From positions 62,001-126,000 of the forward strand of contig CT868618.1 in assembly GCA_000165425.1 (NCBI GenBank): a stretch of DNA of 64,000 nucleotides, in the 5' to 3' direction. Of this stretch, positions 26,359 through 40,200 are shown in pieces. The notes beneath the pieces are model-generated. The model did no database searches. It saw only the letters and a list, made by a program, of their open reading frames with translations, and had not been told where the DNA came from. The translations under genes and the position numbers were made by a program. The stretch is from Paramecium tetraurelia. Its lineage: Eukaryota. The stretch's first letter is position 1. Each line of letters opens with the position of its first letter.

Positions 26359-27090
26359 ATGGGAAGTGCTTTAGGGCTTAGTAATGAATTTAAGAATTTA
26401 TAAATTTCATAAAAATATTTATGTGTTGTGGAGATAATTAACCAAAGAATCAACCCAAGACAGGAATCAAAACAAAATCAAATAATCCTGGATAAAAAAA
26501 GGATATCAAAGTTGTAATGCTTGGGGATAAGGCTGTAGGAAAGAGCTCCATTGCAACAAGATTCTGTTTTGATAAGGTATGTAAACCCATTAAAATATAA
26601 TAGTTTCAATCAGAATATGAAATTACGATAGGAGGCGTGTATAATAGTGTTGAATTAACAGTGAAGGGTATTTTAAATAGCTTAATAATGGATAGGTTAG
26701 AACTTAAAGATCCATTTGTGGGATACTGCAGGAGAAGAGAAATTTAGATCTCTACTTTCCCTGTATTATAGAGATGCAAATATAGCTGTTATTGTGTATG
26801 ACATCACACAAAGTGAATCCTTTTAATCGGTTTCAACTTGGCTGAAGGAATTGGAAGAAAAGATCTAAAAGGATGGTAAGAATGACTTCCATAATTGAGG
26901 AATGGCTCTGGCTTTAGTGGGCAATAAGTGCGATTGCTTGGAATCGGAAAGAAAAGTGTCAAAAGCTATGGCTGTTGATTTTGCAAAGTAGAATGGTATG
27001 ATATTCTATGAAACTTCTGCCAAAACAGGAGAAGGTGTAAAGAATTTATTTTAACATTTAATTGAGACATATGTAACAGAGAATATGTGA
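26359..27090 (+). CDS. Rab5/Rab22-like small GTPase lacking C-terminal prenylation cysteines (alternative start at 26421)
   Basis: [37 protein letters not shown]; ends YVTENM*. Three clear short introns; the first exon is ambiguous. Confidence 0.9.
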
Positions 27091-27277
27091 ATATTAATCT
27101 TAAATATAATTTGCATTCCTACTGTATATTTAAATAGATATATTATATCAATCTTCTCTATCTCATTTAATTAACTAAGCATTAAACACCAAACCATCTG
27201 TTTTATGCTAACATTTATTAATTGTCAAATGTTTAATTCTTATTAATTTAATTATTTGTAGCTTACAAATTAAAACG

Positions 27278-30200
27278 ATGTAGCAATTGAAAAAAGAAGA
27301 AGGAGACCAATTCGTCAACAAATTCGTCCGAACTATGTTATAAATTAACGATTAGTTTTATTGCTATGAACCCATAAAAATATTTCTATTCATGTTGAGT
27401 ATGAGCTAAACCATATTTTACCTCTAATTTCAAACCTATGAGTTGTGTTAGAATAACTTTGATGAAATAAGTTAAAGCAAGAAGATTCTCTATATAATTA
27501 GACCTGAGTTAATATTACTTAAATATTTGAATGATGAAATGCTATTTGCCACACCTTACATTTTAGTTTTATTGATACTAATCATGAAAATCGTAACCTG
27601 CCTAAATATTCACAATTAACATTTAAGATATGCTAAAAGATGGAATAAAACGACGCATTTATAAATGATAATAATCAATATTATCTCGTTTTACTAGCAG
27701 TTATTTCATGCTGTATTACATTACCCTCTGCAAACTCTTGTTATTTGTGCTATTAGTAAAGCATTGTAACATATTTAAAATTAAAACTCTAATTACATAG
27801 CTTCATTGGTTTTTTGCGTTATTATATTTTTGCTTTTGGAAGCTGAATCAATATCATTAATATTTATTTGTAGAAAATCTACAACATTATAAATTTTCGC
27901 TTTTGAATAATTTCTGATGTCAACTTTTGATTTTATAATATATGCCTTGCAAATATCATAAATTATCATTTTTGGAATTTCAGGTCAAAATATTGTGGTG
28001 ATTTATGCGCAACAGTTTCTTATAATTTGTATTGCAATTCTGAAAATTTTAAATTAATTGCACTACCAAGGTTACATCTATCAACATCAAAGATACCTCC
28101 TTTACATTATTAATTCTGTTATCCTTATGTATTCTCTCTTTTAATTAATTGATCTTTCAAACAATGCAATTTTGATTTGGCCATTGTTCACAAGTGTGGT
28201 AATCTATGCCGATCGTCAATTCTAATATAATAGTATTTATTCCTTATTCCTTGAAAACTCAACGAACCTCAAATATTATGTCCATCAACTCATGAAGATA
28301 TCTAATAATTGCTATTAAGATGAGATTCTTCCTATTCAATATACTATAATTTGGATACAACATAAACTTAAGTGCAAAGATACTACATGCTTATGCAAGG
28401 AATTAATATAGAAAGTCTTGAATCCTTCTCAAACAAATATCATAACAGAGCCAATTTTCAACTCCTTTGTTTACACCAAAATTAATCACATTAAAAAACT
28501 TATTTATTCTAATTAAAATAAAAATAAAGTTGATGCTGCTTTTTATGAAATTGTGTAAGCCACTCTCTTTATGAGATCCGGTTTCATTTTGATGGCAATC
28601 AAAAATTATAATAAAATTTTATTTTAAGCTAACGATTTACATAGAAGGAGAGTGATTTCATAAGAAAAACCACTTATTTCATAAAGGAGAGCCAAGAAAA
28701 GTTTGATTGATTCATAATTATAGGAGATAATCAATAACCAATAGAAAAAGGGTGAAAAGTATGAAGTTTAAAGCAAAAACTATCAAATATCTAATCTTGA
28801 GATTATTAAAATTAAATACAGAATAACTTAGGCATAAATGAATTTGAATGAAAATTTTAGTTCTTACGTATGTAATCCATAATAACATCAAATGTCTGAT
28901 TGCATATTCTATTACTTACTGAACGAGTTTGATTTGAACACAGTAATTTAGAAGATAATTAATTTAATTAAAATGAAAACGGAATTTTATTGCTACCTAT
29001 TAAATTCAGAAAATTTAAAGGGTAATCATGTTTTTAATTCAATATCAAAATTCTCTAAAAACGTTAATTGTATTGAAGATATACTCTTAAAGAATTATAA
29101 TAAATACGCTAGTGCTAAACTGAGGCACTTAATAATCTTCTTTTATTCCAAGATATACAATAGTTATTTGAAGGCCATAAAATTTAAATAAATTAATAAC
29201 ATCTAACATGAAAAATTAATTTATAGAAATCAAACAATAGATTTTTACTCTGATAAAATTGGATATGTTTTATTGTAATTATAAGATGATTTATAGAATT
29301 TGGTAATCAAGTAATATTCTAGTAATTTTTTAAAAATAATTAATAAATCAAACGATGAGAATAAGTTAAATTTCTATGATGTATTGCCTGATTTTATTAA
29401 AGATGCTCACCCAATTTTGGTTCAAAGATTTGTATAGACCGGTTAAGCTCGATTTTATAGAAGTTTGAGTTTGACATTTATTTAGTAAGATAATGGATTA
29501 GCTAAACAAATGGAGTAAAGTTTTGACACAATCACTCTTTTAAGTGATAACAAAATTGTTTTTGGTGCTGTGATTCAAGATGTTCTAGATTAGAAAGCAT
29601 ACTTGTTAGTAAATGTTAATGGGAATCTTTCAGGAATGACTTTTATGTGTTTAAGAAAGCTTGGATTCACAGTTGAGCAGATTTCAAGTGTTAATAACTT
29701 CTATTAATTTTACGAATTAGAAATTAATTAAATAGTCCCTAATTTTAATAGATTAATTGAAACTGATTTTGAAGAATAAAAGTTTGATAACATAAGGATT
29801 ATATTTCTTGATCTTTCTTCGAATAATTCTTTAGATGTGATAACTAAATCAACTTAATAAGGAAATCAATTATTATCTAAAGTTTGGTAGAATAGTAATT
29901 TGGTAAAAGAGTACTTAGTAGATTTATATATAATGAAGAGAAATGTGTTTGGGTTCTTTTATTACATCATTGAAATCGAATCCGCTTATTAAATTGATTA
30001 TTCTCAATATAATAGAAATCATAAATCACTTTTGTAAATTAGAGCCAGCAATGAATCAGCAGTCTTTGATATTGATTCTTTAATCCTCTCACTTTAAGAC
30101 GTTAATTCAGAATTAGAACCTGAATATTAAGAGTAAGAAGGAACGAAGAAAATTAAATAAGTTACAAAAAATGCAGAGTTTTAAGGAATACTATAAAAAG

Positions 30201-32271
30201 AGTAAATAAATCCAGATGATACCAGAAAATAAAATTTGAATGAATAATAACCGCAATTAATCAAGTAAGTACAAAATAAGAATGCCTTACAGCAATAAGA
30301 CTTTTTTTGTTTTGGGTCACCATAATCTCCGTTAGCATCTTAGGGCTAAAATTCGAGTAATTAGATTAGATCTTAAAACTAAAATTAGCTTGATGCGATT
30401 TTGGATTTGAATTCAGAATCTAGTTTAAATTCTATAAAAAAACCGTCATTTATAAAAAGATTAGAATCAATAGAAAGATTTTATTCTAGTTTTAATTCAA
30501 ATCAATAAAAGGTCCTATTATTTTCATTACTTTTAACTTTGATTGTGTGTTTTATTTTCTCTATATTCATACTTTCGCTTCTACAGGATGATCTTATGAG
30601 CAAAATTCAAAGTATTTAAATGCTTTCTTTTTAAGCTAACATTTTGGCACCTTATGATGAATATTTAGGTATCAGAGCTTAAATTAATTATTACCAAGAA
30701 TTGTATGCCTCTAATAAAATCAACTTTATCGAATAATTAGATTTACTAGAACCACTTTATTCGGTAATAGACATAGACTATAATGAACTAAGGCAGAATT
30801 CATATTCATCCTTATTGGAGAAAGATTTGAGCGGTTTTTTCAAGGATTTATATACAGATGCCTTTTTTATGGGTACAAGTGACAAAACAGTTTATTCTAA
30901 AAATATTACATTTAGGGAATTCATACATCAATTACTAAGTTATTAGTATGATTATAAAAATATATTGGATAAAAGAAGTTCTTCAAAGGGTTGTCCTTGT
31001 TAGGTTTTCTAATTTTCAAATTATTTTATTTTGGAATAAAATTTAGAATAGATTTCGTAAGAAATATTAACATTTTCGAAAAGCAATAGCGATTAAATAG
31101 TTAATAAATGGTGGTCAATCTGGATATCATTTGTAATAGTATGTTTTTTACTTTGTATTTTGATTTATTACTTAAGAATGGTGCTGGCTTTATAGTGTGA
31201 TACGATAATGTAAATTGTAACACGTATCTAGGAATAAAGTTTGAAGAGAGAAATAGAAAATCAAAAGAATTTAATTTTGGGTATTATTTCAGATAATGAT
31301 TTAATAAATACGTATTAATTGGATGATTAAGTTGAGAAATAGTAAGTTGATACTAAAATTGAAAATATGCAGTTTAGAAAACCAAAAAGAAAAGAACTAA
31401 TTCGAACATCTAAATTAAAGTCTATAGTATTGTCATTAATACTCCTATTTATATATTTTGTGTATTCAAGTATTGCGATTTTTTCAAGTCAAAATTTTTT
31501 GAATCTTTACGAATCAACTTAAGAATTATATAAATTGATAGCTGATTTATCGTTTAGAAGTGGAAATTTATTTTTATATAGAGAGATGATCATATAATGG
31601 TAAAATGAAACCTATCTAAATAAATCTGATGGATAGAAGTTGTACAATCTAATTGATGATGCTGAAAAAATTATTCTAGACTACATTGATTTGGCTCCCC
31701 GTGTTTCTTTAGATGGTCTGCTGATATCTTAAGAGTTTCTTACTCTATTTGAGGAAGTACAGAATAATGATGTTTGCAACTATTTGGATGAATAATATGA
31801 GTAAGTGTTTGGATAGTATTGTTTAAAGTCTCTGGAGGGGTCTTTAATGAAAGGAATGTTAACTACTCTCCCATATATTTATCAAACAATAAAGAATTAA
31901 TAAGCTATTAACAACTTTACATTTAGAGCAGAAGACATCTTCTATGAAGTTGAGGGTGGTCAAATAGTTAGTAGAGTGTTTTCAAACATAAAGCAGGAGT
32001 TATAAGATGGAATAATTGCTAAGACTGAAAAGTTTAATTTTCAAAATAGGGTAATTGTATTTAATTATTTTAGATATTTTCAATTCTCTTTCTTTTAGCT
32101 TTATTTTCGATATGCTTTTATATTTTATTTATTTATTATAATAATATTTAGCAGAATCTCAAAATGATGAAATTTAGTGTTTTCATGATCCCCTAAAAAG
32201 ATATTCTCCAAAATGACATATTTGAGAAGTGCTTAAAATAAATTGAAATGAAATTAGGTTATAAATTATGA
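27278..32271 (+). CDS. Multi-pass membrane PAS-domain protein (TmcB/TmcC-like), ~1656 aa
   Basis: N-terminal TM cluster, PAS signature LPDFIKDAHPILVQRFVQTG, C-terminal TM/extracellular modules. One 23-nt intron at 32051-32073. Confidence 0.85.
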
Positions 32272-32297
32272 CAAATTTATAAACATTTCTATTTCAA

Positions 32298-35200
32298 TCA
32301 AATCTTTTCAGTGAATTCATATTATCTTAATGCTCTTTCCAAAGAATTATCCCCAAGTAATACTTGGATGGGTATGAGATACAGAGATTTCTTATACATA
32401 GTGAATTCATTCATCAGAGACTTCTTAAAACAACTTAGTATAGCAATTGATAAGGACAACTAAGTAACAAGGAATATATAAGATAGGATCTATTTCTAAA
32501 ATATTTGTACTTCATTCGTTTAATTAAACTTGTGAGTCAAATCAATCATTCCTTATTGTAATATTTGGGATACATTAGTAAACACTTAACAAATTATTTA
32601 ACCACCTTCCAATTCATAAAAATGGACTTCGGCTCTTTTTGTAAAATTATTGATGGCTTGTTGATTCCTTATGGCAGCAGAAATGTAATTTAAACTAGGA
32701 ATCATACCTTTAAGTAACACTCCATCCAAAGCAATTGAACAATAACTTGTTATGTTGATGTATTACTAAAATTCATAATAAATAATTGTACTGCATCTAT
32801 AAAATTGCATAGATTAGAATTTTCAACTTGAGTAATGTAATTCATATAACTGTCTGACAGTAGATAATCATCAGTCTATATATCACTCTGATCATTTAGA
32901 TACTGTTGGATTATACTTTGCGACTTTTCTACTAACTAATACAAACGATCTAAGTCATTTGGTGTTAAATAAGTAAAGTTAGACCATCTAAAAAAGAGCT
33001 CTCTGTAAACATAGATTGTTCCACTTCTAAATCTCATTTCCTGAACTAATCTATAGAAATCAGTTGTTTGTTTATATTTAACTAGGTAATTCTTTGTTTA
33101 ATCATAAATTACAACTGAGTAAACCAAGAAGTATGTGTACATAATAAAAATGCCCAAATATGTAAACAATTGAGGCAATTAATCATTACTCTTTCTTAAC
33201 TTTTGCTACTCAATGTTTTATGAATGCGACTTGTTCTTCTTATGGTTCAATTATTCTTCTCTTTCTTTAAAATCGAATTCATATCTCTTAATTACTTCTT
33301 GATTTTAAATAGATATAGTTTAATGTAAATTTTTAAGTTTGAGAATTTCTTATTCCAAAGAATTCCTATCTGAATAGTAGAATAGACTTAACAATTTCTC
33401 ATATGTTTTCAACATTCTTTTACGAACGATAACTAAAACAAATATTAGTAAAATAGATGTAATTTAGTAAATAATCCAAAAGATTAACCATTGTTAATTT
33501 GATGATACGCTTCTCATTTTTGAAAATTGTAAGATTTCATCAGTTAATTATTCCAACTAATCTTACAGATTTAAATAATTTGCAAATTAAAATACTTAGC
33601 ATGGTTATCCTGCTGCATTCGAACGTTCATCAAAAATTCGTTTCAATTAATATTATGCATTTATTACTGCTAAAAGTTCCTCTCTGAATGACAATGTGCG
33701 ACTATAAATTACTGTATCATTATTACCCATAAAATATACAGTTTAATATTTGTCAACAAAGAAATCAGTTAAATGGACATCAGTTAGAACTTCATAAAAG
33801 CTATTTTGTAGATCGAAGTAATAAGGAGCATTGAACTCAAATAATGGGTTAATCAATTTCAATAAAGTAGAATAATCTATATAGTTTTCTCTATACAATT
33901 GTTGATAAGCTGAAACTGTGACTTTTATTGATAAGTACATATCATGTGGTCCCATTATACTAGCATGCAAAGATATCATGTCGATTTCTTATATAAATTC
34001 TAATAATTGAGATGACATTGCAGTGACAACCACTATGGTGAATGATACCCAGAACATAGTCAACATAATCAGTAGCACTATATAAATCATCATTGTTTTA
34101 AACTTTTTGCTTTTAATTATCTTCTCTATCATCTCAAACTTCTTAAACAATTACGATTCTTTGACTCCTCCAATTGAAGATTATTAAGATTACACCTCTT
34201 CATTTTAATCTCTCTTCCTTTTACTAGTCTACGATTATTGAATTTCCATAGATGATTTTATATTTGAATCCATCCTCAGCAGATCAACATTGAAAAATTC
34301 CTATTATGTATCATTTTTTCTTTCGGACAATAATTGCCTTTGGCTTTAAAATGGGGCATGATTTTGTAACTCATCTTTTCTGAATGATGAAATATAACAA
34401 GCAGCTTCATCCTCTGAGTAATCATTCATTTGAATTTCTTTCTTTCTAACATCCATAACTTTTACTTTCTTTGCCTACGCTTCTACGCTTAAATTCATTA
34501 ATGAAGCTATGCTAACTGAATTTTTTCTTTATCTATGAACTGGAGATTTTTGTGGAGTAATATCAAAATTTTGAATTGTCTAAAATTTCGAGGCATCTTA
34601 GGAAAACTTGGTGATTCTTGTAATCGATGACATCTCAATTAATAGATATGACTATTGTTCAATGTACCGTTTAGTAATCATTACAGATATATTATATAAA
34701 CAAACTTGATCTTCTTTTTCCCATTATTCTATATCCAATATGTATTCACTCAAATTTGTACCTTGAACTTAGAGTTCTTTCAATTTTCTATCCATTAAGA
34801 ATCTCATTTCTGTATTGAACTGTGATGTCTCTGTTTCTGAGTGCTCCATTGGAAAATCTGGAATTAGATATTACATGTTAAGAGAATTGATGACTTAAGT
34901 TGGTAAATTCAAAATAACTCTTTAGTCAAATCCAATTTTTAAAAAGAAGTTGTCTGAAAATATTAATGTTCCTTTGTTCCCATGTGATAACATAAAGCAT
35001 TTTTAGTCTGGCAACTCTTGTAAGAATGCAGCAAATACTAAGTTCTAATTTAATATTATTTTGGTGATGTCATAAGTTAAGAACACTGTTTTTAACAGTC
35101 CAGTCTTGGTCTAGATAAAACTTTAATTAAAACTTTTATAAAATCGAGATTGGCCATTCATAAAAAATTTATTCAGTATTTTAGGATGGGAACTTCTCAT

Positions 35201-37282
35201 AAATTTAGGCAATAATTAATAGAATTGAACATCCTTATATGTATCATAGCCTATTAATGACAACAGAAATGACGAACCTTATTCAATATTAAAATCATCC
35301 AATTCTCCTTTGATTGATAAGATTATATAAGCTGTTTATTCCACTTGAATCTCGTAATTTCTTATCTTCTTATTTCTAAAGATTTTATCATCTGTCATGG
35401 ATGTAATTGAAGATGTTTTGCTTGCTTCATAATAATTATTCAATATTTCGCTTTAGAAAAAACACAAACATCTCTGCATGCTTTTACATGGATATTAATC
35501 GTAGATCTATTTGAGTCTCTTTTTCATTTAAGTTAATTTCACACAAATCTTTTTAGTCTAAACTGCTAAATTATTGAGGTTTCGTTTTTCATCCTCAATT
35601 ATTGCATGATAAAAATTGATTTTCTCATGGATCAGATTTAAAGTCTAACTTTGTATATCCCTTAAACACTTATCGTATTTCAAAAACGACGTGATAAAAT
35701 CAGAGACCATCAATTATTAAAATGCTTACATCGATGTTCCCAAAGATGATTTTAATTTAAATTTAGCTAGGTGTAAAACATAGTTTAATCTGCAATATTC
35801 TGTCATATCTAGTTAAATCTTCACATAAATGTATTAATGAACTTGTTAATTAGATACATCCTATTTCATAGAAGATTCCTTTAATGTCTCTTCTATATTT
35901 TTACATTTTTAAATAAAGTTCTTAATCACTAGATTTTAATTATTTTCAGAGCAACTCAATAGATGAATTACATTTTTAATACAATCCGTCAACCATCCAA
36001 AATCAAAATAGAATAAAGTTTGTACATAAAATAAATCAATTACTTAAGAATTCTTTGATAAATGTTTAGTGTCCATTATGTTATTTATTCTGGACCTGAG
36101 AAATTATTTCAGAATGGCTTGAGTGATTGCATTCGCTTGGGAGATTTCTAAAATGTATAACTTATTAGAGCAAATGCAATCTTCATTTTCACAACTCTTA
36201 CGATGATAATTATTGATCAACGAGGATTTTAATGGGTTCATTTTGATGTTGATATCACACTGATTTAAGATCATTTTTAATTGGTGAATGAGTAGAGGTA
36301 TAGATGCTGAATCTTTGAAGATATTAGCAAAAAGCCTATTATTAATTTCATAATCCAAAGCAAGAAATGCATATAATATGATAGGGTATATGAGTAAAGG
36401 AATAATCAGATATTCTGAACTAACAGTAGGCTGAAGGTAGTAGCAACAGAAAGCTATTTTAAATGCAATTGTAAAATATAGTAATAATCTAGACTCCTTG
36501 AAAATATATATATAATTTATGAATTAATTAGTAAGCTATGAAATTATTTCAATTAATAATAAAATTATGTTTACAAGTTTAATTTCTTGATTATCTTCAA
36601 TGACACAAAATATTATAATTTACAATTATTAGAGCAAATAAATTATGTAATTTAATATTGTTACTTTTGTTATGTCTAAATAGTGATATTTATAAGTGAG
36701 AGGTGTGCTACAAAGAGATAAAGTAAAAATATAATCTACTTACCATGAGACGTATGTGAAAATGGATAGAAATAAGTGAACATATTAATCTCCATTTCTA
36801 AATGCAAATGTTAAACTCATCAAACAAAATGTTGAACTTAGCAAATGTAGGGCGGTTAATTATAATTACATTAAAGTAGCCAAGATCACTAATCCCTTCT
36901 GGATTAAGTTGCTTTAGTCAATCTGCTAGAAGTAGAGAGCTTTGTCCTTAATTCGAAAGAGATAAAAGGTAATAGAGATTTATAATGCCTTTTGAAATAG
37001 TTAGAATGCAAGCACAATCAAATAGAGTTGAGCCTAATGGAAATTCTAATCTAGAAGCAGTAAATCCTGTCTGAATAATAGCAGAATTATCAGATGGGGT
37101 ACAGAATTATCAGTGTGGTGTATTTGTAATCCCGTTTCCATCACCATAAAGATTGGCTAAATTAAAATGACGAGTTATAAGAACAAAGATAAGCTTTTAG
37201 GGATAATTGTGTGATGCTTCAAAACAATCATCATTTAGATCCATTATTAGGTGAAACTAGGTTAATTTTAATTATATATCAT
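32298..37282 (-). CDS. Multi-pass membrane PAS-domain protein, paralog of 27278..32271, ~1645 aa
   Basis: PAS motif LLPKFMRSSHPKILNKFFMNG. Shares FRSG..YRE and FYE(V/L)EGGQI motifs with the neighbour. 26- and 21-nt introns restore the frame. The start could instead be the ATGATG about 48 nt downstream. Confidence 0.85.
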
Positions 37283-37288
37283 ATTTAA

Positions 37289-40200
37289 TCAATAATCCCC
37301 AATGTATTTTTCATTTTTGATATCCATGTTTCTCGATATTTTTGCTGAGGTAATCTGTTGATTATTTGCAAGTGGCTCTGAAGCAGGTTGTAAGTATTTC
37401 TTGTCAAAAGGCCATTTCTCTATTGAGGTTTGTGGATCTTCGAAATAACTGCTTGAGCCAAAGTACACTTTCACATCACTAACTTTTCCCTAAATAAATT
37501 AATACAACATAATACATAGAAGTCTGCGAAATTTTAGTCTTTTACAATATAAAAATAGAACACATTCGGAATAACATGCAGGGCTTCGATCATTTTTTGT
37601 TATGCCTATTTGACTTATAAGGCATAAGCCAAAGCATTTCCTTTCTTGTATTGGAAAAATACATAAGTCCATTATAATTATTCAAATTGAATCTCTTCCA
37701 CTTTCTATTCAAATTCTGGAGTGTCGAGTAATTTATATGTGTTATAACTCAATTTATCATTCATCACGCTAACAAGTAAAGTTCTATCTCCTAATTGTTA
37801 GTCTTTCATGAATTAAGGATGATTAGTTGATAGTCTGGCAATAATACGAGGAACTGTTGGCATGCCTGGTAATAAAGTTGATTATTGTATCCACATTCCA
37901 TAGGAATATTCTAAAGATTCCTATTTATCCAAAAATTTATAATTGATAATTTCAGCATTTATATTTTGAGTTGTATCCATTTAAGGAACAGTCCACTTAA
38001 AATCAGCCAAATCAACTACAGGCAATGGTAATTTTCGATGAACTTTTTGAAGTAAATCCACAACCTTCTGACTCTCATTGATAAAGCTACCTTATCCTAA
38101 ATATAGACGTGGATCATACAACCAACCATGAAACTAACCATGTCCAAATTCAGACACACCAATCATCAACTTAGCATATCCAACTAACGGTATGTGTTTT
38201 GTTGCGAATTCTACTTTCAAAGCTTTGGCTGTGTCTCTTACTATTATTATGCCAACCGTTTATCCATCTTTATATCCCATGTAAATAAAATTCCATGAAC
38301 CTTCAATTTAATCATAGGCAGCCAAACTATTTGCTGCAAAGTTATTGGTTGCTATATCATAACTGCTGAAATCATAGGATCCCTTAATTAAAAATGCACT
38401 CAGTACTCTATCCTATATTTGCGATTTGTCTTAATGATCTTTTTTAGCAGTCAATCTAAAAATAGAATGTGATTCCTTTCTCTCTGCCAAATGATCAGGG
38501 AAATCTGTTAACCATCTGGTCCAAATACCCACTGCATATTCAGTTACTGAATCAATTTCATTAGTAAATTCTTAAACTATGAATTCTGGAGTCTATATGA
38601 CCGTATCCTTATTTGAATTCCATTAGTATTGTTTATTAGGTTACACCAAACCATAATATGGTAGGAGTTGCTAATAGCCATTCTTCTTTAAACTAATAAA
38701 GCCACCTAATCCATATGCTGCTGTCCATTTGTTCATTGATCCAATAAATTTATTTGTAAACTTATCTTATCCTATGTACAATCCCAAAAAATTAGGCACA
38801 TAATGCTATACTTATTCCCAAGTTATTGGCTTGTCTTCAATCAGAGTGTGCAATAGACAATGAACTTCACTTGTTCTTGAATTGTAACCCATATAGATAT
38901 AATTCCAAGCATAATTATAGTCATTCAATTCTAGTTGACCATCTATAAATTTAGGTTCATTTGCATCTTTCAGATCTACAAGTGTGTAGGTAGAATACTT
39001 AATTAGTTGATTATTACAAATAGTAATGTGTAGAGCTCTGTCTCCTTAAGATTTTCTATCATTCAAAGTTTCTGCATTATTGTTCGTTAATCTTAAAATT
39101 AATTGGCAATCTGTGTTTCCAGCACCAGTTGGTTTAATCCAGCCACTAAAGGCATATTCACTGATTCCACTCCATTTATTCCCTTCAAATTCAATGCCAT
39201 TAGTGACATCAATCTATTTGACATCTTCAATTATTTCAAACTTCCCGTGTTTCTCCTTATCAGTGTATTCTTATGTCAGTTAAAAGGGCAATGAGAAAGT
39301 AGTCTCTAATTAAGACTTAAATTGATCTTATTATCGAATGTAAGAGCCAGGACCAATAGATAACATAATTTTGGTAATGCTTCCTTAGAAACCTGTAATT
39401 GTATCTTCCTTGCCTAACCTAAATAATAAGTAATCAGTTAATGGTTTATGCAAAATCTTGTCCATTTTCATTTCTGCTATTGCAGAATCATAAGTGTAGC
39501 ATGCGACAGTCTCGATATCCTTGCTGTACCCCATATAGATATATCTCCAGATGCCTTCTAATTGATTGTATTTCATAAACTTCTGTTGTATTCCAGCATC
39601 AGTGTTGAGATCATATGTGGATATTTGATAATAATTAAATACAATATGAGCAGCCAAAACTCTGTCACCTGTTTTTACGACACCATCAGTAGTTTATTTA
39701 TTTATTGACAATCTCGCTAATTGCATTAGAGCAGGCTTTGATATTTATCTTTGAGGGATAGTAGTCAGATAACGTGTCCACATGCCAAAAGCATATTCTT
39801 ACATTTAATCAAATGGATATTAGAAACCATTAAATAACTCAACTTTCAACGAACTTATAGTTTCATCACCATCTGAGACTAACATGATTGGTTCATTCTT
39901 CTCCCATGAAATTTTCTTTTGTTTTGGGAATAATTTGTCAGCAACCAGATATTCAGCCAAAAATGGTATTTTACTATTGGTATAAGCACCTGGACCTATC
40001 GTAAAGGCAATTTATGCTAGATTGCCTTCAAACCTCTGTTGGATATTATCACTGCCTACGTAGATCCAGAGTCTATCACTTATGGCATGAAGGATAACCT
40101 CTTCACTTTTGCATACATATTCATCTACTGAGAGATAGTAATAGAACTTTTATTTGCTCTTACTATACCCCATATAAATGAATGACCAGTTGTGTTGACT

